In this document: positions 58,224-64,000 of the stretch, one piece after another
How the letters are laid out: each line of letters opens with the position of its first letter
Position numbering within the stretch: position 1 is the first letter of the stretch
Source of the DNA: Klebsormidium nitens
Taxonomy: Eukaryota > Plantae > Klebsormidiophyceae
Length of the DNA: 64,000 nt
Assembly: GCA_000708835.1 (NCBI GenBank)
Contig: DF237078.1
Coordinates: 1 to 64,000 of the forward strand
Reading direction: 5' to 3'
Notes under the pieces: model-generated
What the model saw: only the letters and a program-made list of their open reading frames with translations
The model's database searches: none
What the model was told of the DNA's origin: nothing
Program-made: the position numbers and the translations under genes

Positions 58224-58508
58224 CCGTACCAACACGCCGGTTGGGCAGAGTTTTGCCCAATAACTACAAATTACGTACGTTTTGAAATTTGGGCAACTCA
58301 TTTTGGAATTTTGAGGATTTGAAATTTTTGAAATATATGCTCAAGAACCCTTTTTCCACCAACCAAAAATTATCAAAGATAAAATATTAGAATTTTGATT
58401 CATATGAAAATTTGAACAGAATGAAAAACAGAATATAAATAGTATTGAAAATTTTGGGCAAAATCAAAAGTAATTGATTGATGCCCAACCGGCCATGTGT
58501 TGGTACGG
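58224..58508. mobile_element. AT-rich MITE (285 bp), possibly Tc1/mariner-derived
   Basis: Terminal repeats CCGTACCAACACGCCGGTTGGGCA (58224-58247) and 58482-58508 are identical as inverted repeats apart from a 3-nt insertion. The interior is strongly AT-rich with repeated TTGGGCA. The right end is followed by TA and the left end preceded by TAG, so any TA duplication is imperfect. Confidence 0.8.
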
Positions 58509-58617
58509 TATAGCTGGGCCCGAGTCCATAGGCTGGGGGCGGGTACGATGGGCGCCATTTCCTTGCATGGTACTCGCTCTAGTTGGGAAGTCTTGGATGA
58601 CGATCTGCCTTGGATGA

Positions 58618-58797
58618 CGGACTAGTTTAGGTATAATAAGAGCTAGGTATAATAAGCTCTAACTACCACTACAAAACCTAACCCAACAATCTACCTGCTC
58701 CGCACCCGTACCCACCCTAACCCCCATACTAACCCCACCCGTCCCAGGCTGGCGAGCTTATTATACCTGCCCCTTATTTAATACCTAAATTAGTCCG
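58618..58797. mobile_element. MITE-like element (180 bp) related to the element at 31502
   Basis: ~40-bp inverted repeats at 58619-58658 and 58755-58796 (4 mismatches, 2-nt indel), each with two AGGTATAATAAG subrepeats. The core (58673-58745) is homologous to 31569-31640. Confidence 0.78.
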
Positions 58798-59478
58798 AGC
58801 TCTGCCTTGGCCCTTTGCGCGATGTCTTTTCAGAACGCCGTAGCCACCTGGGCCATGATGCATACAATGATGTACAGTATATACATTCATGACAAGAAGT
58901 ATCTAAGTTCTAAGTAGAATGCAGTACGTTGCAGAGGACTTTGACATGACTCACTGCTACAAGACCAAACCTCATGTCCATGGTTAGGATCCTGCACTCC
59001 CTCGCTTTCAATGACGACGGGCCAGAATGGACCTGGTCAATGAAGTGACTACAGTAGGTGAACCAGGTCCGAGCGAACAGTACAGTAGAGAACTTATTTT
59101 CAGCGAGCCACCATTTCAAACGAGTTCTCCGTACATCGAGTGAACACCAAATTAGGCCCAATTCACATCGAGCAATCGCTTCAAGTATTTGCATTCAACC
59201 GGGTGACCATGCCATGATCGGTTTGCCAAACAACACAACCTAGACAGGTACAAGATTGTCATTCAATCGATAGAACGCAAAGCAAGAATCAATGAAGAAA
59301 ACCTGCAAGAGATTCTGTAGATGGCGTCCAGGCTCAATGCCGTGCATTTCTTGATCCGAAAATCCTCCCTAAAACAGATTGGTGGCACCGAGCATGTACT
59401 ATTGTAAGCCTCTTCCATGTGATACCATGGTCAGTGACATTTCCTTATGAAGAGCCAATCCCACCTTCCAAGGCACCC

Positions 59479-61693
59479 TCAGACCTTTGATCTTGATCGC
59501 GTCATGGGACTACCCCCAAGATCACTTGTTGTGGCAGCTCGTTTTGTGCCCCTTGCTCGGGCCTTATCTTCCAAGTAGCCCATCACTTTGTCATGCTCAG
59601 CAATGACCTGCAGTGTTTTCACTTCTCAATTGGGTGTTGAACTTCATAGAAGCTGCCCTTGCCCACCCACGTCCAAGGTAGTGTGCAAGCATTGTCCGGA
59701 TCTGTTGTTGGCACGCAAACCTTTACACCTTTGAAGCTGCCAAATGTAGTACACGTAACCAACATATTCATGGATATCCCCTCCAAGTGCATTTTGGGAA
59801 TACAAGTCGTACAATCAGCCCAGCAATGTGTCATTTAAGTTGGACAAGGAGAGTCACAGTAGCACATGTCATACCCACCTGTTCAGTGAGAGAAGGCCCT
59901 CCTCTTGACCGCTCTTGCTCCACCGCATTTACTACCCTGGACGCTTTGGCCTCAGCTAGTTCCAGCCGTTTTTGGAGGCCCAGCAATGTGGTCACAGCCC
60001 CGCCAAGCTTCTCTTGCAACTCTGCCATGGACGGAAGCCCTGAGACAGGCTCCAATCGCGTGTCAAGGTTCTCATCTGCAACAAGGACGAGTGGTACTGT
60101 TGACGAGAGCGCAAATAGAGGGGGCAACGGCTGACCAAGAAGTCCGCTGGACTTGCCCGATACAGCTATCAGCACTGGTACCAGAGTTGGTAATGTGGCA
60201 CTGCCTTGGAAGAAAAGGCGGTGAGCTATATTGGAAACAAGATAAGCAAGTCAGCACTGCCAAAAAGTTGACAGACTGCAAGCGAAAGGACTAGGTTCAC
60301 AGCTGCGACGCTTGGATGCAAGAAGTGGTTTCAAGTTGGGACTCCGCACCTGTTTCCGGTGGATCTGAAGACGTGGCTAACGGTCGTATCCGTTGGAGAT
60401 GCTCCGACAACTGGTGCGCAACACGCTGGGGGAACTCCTCGCAGTGGGCTTCTATTCGGGCAGCCAGCTCTGTCACATCTTTCTCCAGCGCCGGTGTATC
60501 CTCAGCAGGGCCTACACTGGGCTTGGCGTCATCCTCCACTGCAAACATATGACGCCTTTTGTACATTTTCCGGTGTGCAATTACCACCATGTTGATGTCT
60601 GGTACGGTCATCCTTTTGCCCATGTCTCACTGGCAGAGAGGTATCTGCCAGTGAGTATGTTTTTCTCGAGGCATGAGTTTGAAAATTCACCAATCTGATG
60701 GCTTGCATTTTGTTTTGATGCTGGCGTTGTACTGGTAGGGCATAGATATGAGAACCAATGCGATTGCGGTGTACATCAGAAAAGACCAACCATATTGCTG
60801 AATTGCGGTGCGCTCTTGTTGAAATGAATTCTACATGAGTAAGTTGGCAGACTTGATTTACTCGAATCATTGTAAGCTTTGGTATCCTGACAGTCTGCAA
60901 CTCCTAATATTGGCTCTGCAAGCATATCCTGTCCTCAACATCAGAAGCAGTGAAAATAAATTTATACTAATGTTGTTGCACGACCTATTGGAATCAACCT
61001 GTCAACTGTAGAGCAGGTAATGAGCGTGGCCCCTCACCTGCAATATGTTTGGGCCCCTTTCTTTGCTTCCTTCCGCCCCTTTGCTGAGTGTCACTGACCT
61101 TCTGCAGATCTTCAGACAACTCGACGTTCTTTTGAAGATGCACCTTGATATCCGCAGCAATGCTTTGCAAGCGGGCTAGCAGGGCATCCTCATGCCCATC
61201 GGGGATATCCCTTCCAGTTTCCAATGCTATGAATGCTCTTACTTGGTTGTCCAGCTCATCTTCTATTGTAATCTGGTCCTTATGGCTCCTCAACCTCACA
61301 GGAGTCATGCTCCTCTCTTGGAACTTTTGCTCCTGTTCGGACCCCACCAACAAAGCTCAACAAGTGCCACCGCAACACCCAGTGCCCCCTCACCAGAAGC
61401 CAGCACCCTAGGCTCGACCCTGTTGCTGCAGAGACTACCGTACCTAGACTCTAGAGCGCTTTCTCTCTTTCTGCATCTCACAAATTCTCAGTCTGTGCGC
61501 CTGCGCTGGCAACTTTTCTCAAAAGAATGTCGCATCGGTACCACATTGCAATAAGGTATGTACCGTTCAGGGACGATCCATCATCCGACAATTCCATGAG
61601 GGCCCGGGGCATAAATTGGACCAGCAGCGGCTGATACGGCCGGGGCGGAAAGTTGGGATCAGAAGGAGTGCCCGGGCCCGTTTGCTGCAACAT
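59479..61693 (-). CDS. Probable kinetochore MIS12-complex subunit Nsl1/Mis14-like protein
   Basis: Multi-exon frame TPVRLRSHKDQITIEDEL...IKVHLQKNVEL / PALEKDVTELAARIEAHCEEFPQRVAHQLSEHL / LQEKLGGAVTTLLGLQKRLELAEAKASRVVNAVE / ...SPMTRSRSKV* (last exon 59607-59479). Order and helical pattern resemble the Mis14 family from memory; no search was run. The 5' exons are uncertain. Confidence 0.5.
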
Positions 61694-62911
61694 GGTGCCT
61701 CATTTACCGCCAAATTTTGAAATCTGATATCCAGCGCATGCCCTGGCAGGGACCAAAGGTGTCGGAAGCGCCTCGCGGTAGCCACGGCCACCATCTCACC
61801 ATGAAGACCTTTGCCATTGGCTGTTTTGGTGGGGAAGTTTGGTGGTCCGAGTCCGTCCGACCGCGGCTCCTCCGTACCATGCCAGGCTATGATGTGGGTT
61901 AGCCAATAGAGTTAATCTGGAGCTAGACATGAAGCTTCCCGTCTTATGCGCTATTGTCCTATTACCATCCGCGCATCTCAGTCAGTTTACAGCACGGCCA
62001 ATCTCGAGCCATTTATCGGCTCGTGCGGAATTTAGAGCACAGCAGGTACGTGAGGCCCTTGGCAATCTCTGGTTTTCAGTTGCGTTGATTTGTTCACCAT
62101 GCGCAGTGCTGGAGCTAATAGCATTGAGGAGTGACATTTGAAGTGCGTTGTACGTGGGTCTCACATGCAACTTTGAGTCGGCTTGTCCAACAACCATTGT
62201 TGATATTGATACCATAAAATTACTGACATTTTGCCCAGGACTCAGGAGTCAGGACTAGTATGACATCGATCTTTGCAATTGAGAGGAGGAATTTGGACCA
62301 TGTTTATGGAAGATTGCTTGTCAGCACACGGAGCTGCCACCAATGCTCACCACCTTTTGCAATTAAGAGGCAATCGATGGCTCACTGCCAGTATACGAAG
62401 TTGCAATTGGCTAGTGAACGCACTAGGTAGGAGTTGGTAGTTTCCACAAGTCAAACACTCAACTTACCACTCAACCACATCAAGGTATGACCACAAATAG
62501 CACAACCGGCTTGCTATGTGCCTCCACTTGAAGGACTTTCTTCCTCCGCGAGTAAGCCCGTTTCCAACAAACTACTATGTTTTAAGGAGCCATGATGAAC
62601 GTAACAATTCAGGCCCCTATAGCAAGATGCTCCCGCTCCGGTGCTTTTACATCGTCCAAAAGCTTCAAGCATGCTTTACCTAAGGTTTTGTTGCACCACT
62701 GGTACAGGCAAAATTTGTATGCTGAATCACGAACCGTCAGATTGATGAAAACTTTCCACGACAAGGATGACAAAAGCCAACTATGTCAATACGTGCCTTC
62801 AGGTTGAGAACAAAAAGTTCCGAGCTTCATGATTAAAATATCCTGATGATTCTTAAACTCGAAGCTCTTTCCGAACATGCTTGAGAGAACAGCGGTGCCC
62901 AACTTACCGCT

Positions 62912-63483
62912 CTACTTCAAAGGTTTTAGACCCAACTTAGCACGTAGCTTGTTGGCTTCAGCAATTTCTGGGTCCGGGTGATCAGTCCCATCAGCGGCGG
63001 GTGCCTTCTTCTTCTTCTTCTGCGCAATCACATAAGAGAAAGAAGTCATGTCAGTAAACTGCACTGAAGAACGTCAACAGCGGCAGTTTGTGTGAAGGCA
63101 CAACGTTGGGTGTACATCTGTGTAAAGGCACGACGTGGGCTGTACATGTATCGTCCAGAATCGAAACCCTTTTCAAAACAAAACTCGCAGCCTCTTGCTG
63201 AAGTGGATGTTATCTTCCATGCATCGCCTGGCCGTTGCATTGACAGGAGTCCGTTGCATTGATGCATGTTTGTCCTACCTTTCCATCACCATTCTCGCGC
63301 ATCTCCCCTTCTTCAGCGCCCTCGTCCCGCTCTCGCCTGCGCCGCGCCCCTCTTTCCTCGGGTTCTGCTGAAGCAGAGCGGTCCCTAGGCCTGCGCTCCC
63401 GCTCTCGCTCACGGCCCCGGTCTCTGTCACGATCCCTGTCGACTCCCCTTTCGCGACTCCGGCTGCGCTCTCGATCATGATAC
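62912..63483 (-). CDS. PRP38A: 3' end of pre-mRNA splicing factor PRP38A (RS/RD-rich tail plus HIND motif); gene continues beyond the window
   Basis: Exon 63483-63279 encodes YHDRERSRSRERGVDRDRDRDRGRERERE. Last exon 63019-62912 encodes KKKKKAPAADGTDHPDPEIAEANKLRAKLGLKPLK*, matching the plant PRP38 C-terminal Hub1-interaction motif. Confidence 0.85.
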
Positions 63484-64000
63484 CTGCCGCAGCCAAAGCC
63501 TTCAAATACGATCCGAGAAGCAATCGCTGCCACAACGAAGCAGAAAATAAACCCAGCGGCTTGCGACATGACGAAGAGAAGTTCCGAGACCTTATCTCTG
63601 AGCTCCCCAAAAGGGCCCAGGTCATACGCACTTCAGCCCAAACACCCATGCCCCACGGCAAGTGCCAAACGACCTTTCTCCTTTCCTATCAACAACCAGG
63701 CTGAATCGTCATTCCCTCAAAAGGAAGCAAGCTCATACAGCGGTTTGCGTGAACCTTGTCCACATCAATCTTGTCGCATTTTGCCGGTACGCGAAGTTGA
63801 AAGTTCGATCGCCGTACAAAACTTCTCTGAGACCCCCCGAAAAGAGACAGTTGCAAATCTCACTGGCAGGATACGGGTGGTAAGCAGCGCACACGCCAGA
63901 GCTTCATTGGGGGGGTAATCTTCCAACTTTGTGCACAGCGATCGAACTTCCAAGATCGCGGAAAGGCGATTCCGACCGGACTTCGAGGGGACAGGCTTCA

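Overview
This is eukaryotic nuclear DNA: intron-rich (GT-AG), gene-dense and moderately GC-rich. The genes combine streptophyte-type proteins (STN7, RH22-type helicase, PRP38A ending in a HIND motif) with centriolar POC1 and an ACAD8-type dehydrogenase. That combination suggests a flagellate-cell-forming streptophyte alga (Klebsormidium-like; inference). Genes in order: plant-type AAA ATPase (+); ZUP1/Mug105-type C78 deubiquitinase (+); a poorly resolved spliced gene (-); DEAD-box RH22 (+); long-chain acyl-CoA synthetase with a probable N-terminal extension (+); an unrecognised 646-aa repeat protein (-); POC1 (-); ACAD8 (+); STN7 (+); PRA1 (-); a probable kinetochore Nsl1/Mis14 homologue (-); and the 3' end of PRP38A (-). 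Four small inverted-repeat transposon derivatives are present. No rRNA, tRNA or CRISPR array was seen. Main leads: (1) a probably plastid-targeted disordered protein with about 16 GPRC(A/E)WP motifs in a sticker-spacer layout, a candidate pyrenoid/Rubisco linker or redox scaffold; (2) a ZZ zinc finger inserted inside the ZUP1 catalytic domain; (3) two MITE-like elements with different terminal repeats but a shared G-quadruplex-capable core. Exon boundaries were read by eye and no database searches were run.
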